Assembly (NCBI GenBank): GCA_963718585.1
Contig: OY970357.1
Coordinates: forward strand, 510,001 to 542,000
Direction: 5' to 3'
DNA from: Candidatus Saccharimonadota bacterium
GTDB taxonomy: Bacteria; Patescibacteriota; Patescibacteriia; 2-12-FULL-60-25
Length of the DNA: 32,000 bases
Positions 31,051-32,000 of this stretch are shown one piece after another (the first letter of the stretch is position 1; every line of letters starts with the position of its first letter). Made by a program: the position numbers and the translations under genes. The notes beneath the pieces were generated by a model. That model was not told the origin of the DNA, did not search any database, and worked only from the letters and a program-made list of their open reading frames with translations.

Positions 31051-31900
31051 TGAGAGGTGGGCAGCGGAGCCGCCCGAGAAAAAGATCGGTTCGGGGAGGA
31101 AGGACCGGGTATGCGCAGAGACCGCGCTTGTTTAAGGCACAGTTTCCTGCACCCCCGGTGGCGAGGCCTGCCTCGCGCCTATGTGGTACCCATGCCTGGG
31201 TTCCACATCCTTCCATCCTCGTGATGTCAACGGTGCGAGATGCACTTCGCGATTCCGCCCGAAAGCGTTCACGCTACTTTTCACACCCGTTTTTCACAGT
31301 GCCAGCAGATGATCCCGAGACCCGGGGTCGACATGCGCCCGCTAAAGCGCCCGTGCAGGACTTCGGTGTTCCTGCAACATCTCTGTCGATGGGTCGGCGC
31401 GTTTCCGCACCTTTCTGCCGATCGGCGGACCTGTGACCGAGGTCCGTCGGATGAGCTGTCCTTTGGACGAGCGCGTACATAGCGCACATCCGTTCGGATC
31501 ACCCCACTGTTCAGACTTCACACAGGCCTGCAAAGGGACACCCCATACGGGATGCATTGACGACGATCCGGATCCTTCGATCCGTCAGACAGTCCATGAC
31601 GCATTCGATCACTTGCGCGACCGTCTGCGAACAGGAAGTGTCCGACCGTACGAGAACCCGTTCATCATCCTTACCCTCTACCGATCGCTCAACCGTTTTG
31701 CATCCATCCGTTACGACGAATGCTTTTTCCCTGACTCGGTTCCTCCTTCGTTGTCCTTGCGGCAACGCTCCGGTCTTCCGTCGCACCTTGCGATGCGGGG
31801 CTGGCCGGATCATCCGAAGACGGTCCGTGGTCGGTCGCAGTTTCCCTTGCGGGTCTCCTGCAACGATCGAGTGACGATGTTCAGCTGTAACGTGCTGGTC
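31051..31900 (-). ncRNA. candidate large (~0.85 kb) highly structured non-coding RNA, unclassified
   Basis: No protein-like ORF in any frame. Dense local helices include four minus-strand hairpins capped by GCAA (GNRA) tetraloops at 31607-31622, 31750-31766, 31782-31797 and 31837-31861. There is a c(UUCG)g-capped hairpin at 31806-31825 and further hairpins at 31181-31208, 31310-31328 and 31354-31376. An AT-rich island lies upstream (31901-31934) and a terminator lies at 31021-31050. Confidence 0.45.
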
Positions 31901-31934
31901 ACTCTATATTTTCAATTTTTTTGAGAAACGTCAA
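31901..31934. promoter_or_regulatory. AT-rich promoter-like island
   Basis: ACTCTATATTTTCAATTTTTTTGAGAAACGTCAA stands out in GC-rich DNA. The minus strand shows TTGACG (31934-31929) and downstream TATAGA/AAATAT candidates, but the spacing is non-ideal (17-20 nt). Direction is not certain. Confidence 0.3.
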
Positions 31935-32000
31935 GGGTGAGAGGTGGATAACCCGACACAGATAAAATGCGGCTGAACGATCTGAAAAAAACAACTTCTA

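Noticed and set aside
31093-31110. GGGGAGGAAGGACCGGGT resembling the RNase P RNA P4 strand (GAGGAAAGUCCGGGC)
   Set aside because: Two mismatches fall in the most invariant positions. There is no partner ACAGAAnCCGGCUUA-type strand and no GGUAAGAGCGCACC-like motif anywhere in the region on either strand.
31050-31924. Plus-strand ORFs 31050..31436 (128 aa) and 31433..31924 (163 aa) as possible genes
   Set aside because: No start context and no motifs, with biased R/P/S/C composition. The DNA is better explained by dense RNA hairpins whose stable tetraloops read on the opposite strand.
1-32000. Alternative genetic code (UGA recoding), as in some candidate phyla
   Set aside because: TGA terminates well-conserved proteins at their expected C-termini (alaS at 7008-7010, rpmJ at 5589-5591, and the full-length glyA frame at 30629-30631). 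No conserved gene needs read-through, and the two broken genes are frame shifts, not in-frame stops.
1-32000. tRNA genes, CRISPR arrays, transposases or integrases
   Set aside because: No T-arm or GTTCGAATC-like cloverleaf candidates were seen in intergenic DNA. There are no regularly spaced direct repeats, and no ORF has recombinase or transposase motifs. This was a visual scan only, so tRNAscan-SE or a CRISPR finder would be needed to be definitive.
31967-32000. Possible plus-strand gene start ATG CGG CTG AAC GAT CTG AAA AAA ACA ACT TCT running off the window
   Set aside because: Only 11 codons are visible and there is no convincing promoter or RBS geometry, so it cannot be supported from this window.

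Overview
GC-rich, very gene-dense bacterial chromosomal segment, with almost every gene on the minus strand. Contents in order: a partial MOP-family flippase; two small hypothetical genes; a contiguous infA-rpmJ-rpsM-rpsK-rpsD-rpoA-rplQ-rplM-rpsI operon with its own promoter; a kinase-like hypothetical gene; alaS; a membrane GAF-like protein; mnmA and rlmN; a cell-wall remodelling trio (S11 D,D-carboxypeptidase, YkuD L,D-transpeptidase with calcium-binding repeats, alpha/beta hydrolase); a two-gene module of a membrane protein plus a VirD4/TraD-like P-loop ATPase; secD-secF; a guanylate-kinase-like gene; a nucleotide-salvage-looking cluster (MazG-like, two deoxyribosyltransferase-like paralogs, DUF1653, PNPOx-like) downstream of secA; hpf; murB (frameshifted); murC; glyA (frameshifted). 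The last ~1.3 kb has no credible ORF and is packed with hairpins. Several proteins are domain-minimal: RpoA has no C-terminal domain and AlaRS has no C-Ala domain. Shine-Dalgarno sequences are essentially absent, and several promoters sit only 6-9 nt from the start codon. These traits are reminiscent of reduced-genome lineages such as Patescibacteria/CPR, but taxonomy cannot be established from this window alone. Top candidates for novelty: (1) the ~0.9 kb minus-strand structured non-coding region at 31.0-31.9 kb, and the adjacent ~0.3 kb RNA candidate carrying three anti-Shine-Dalgarno-like motifs; (2) SecD with parvulin PPIase domain(s) embedded in its periplasmic head; (3) the orphan membrane-protein plus coupling-protein-like ATPase module, whose ATPase has a zinc ribbon and a long disordered tail. 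No tRNA, rRNA, CRISPR array or obvious mobile element was seen.
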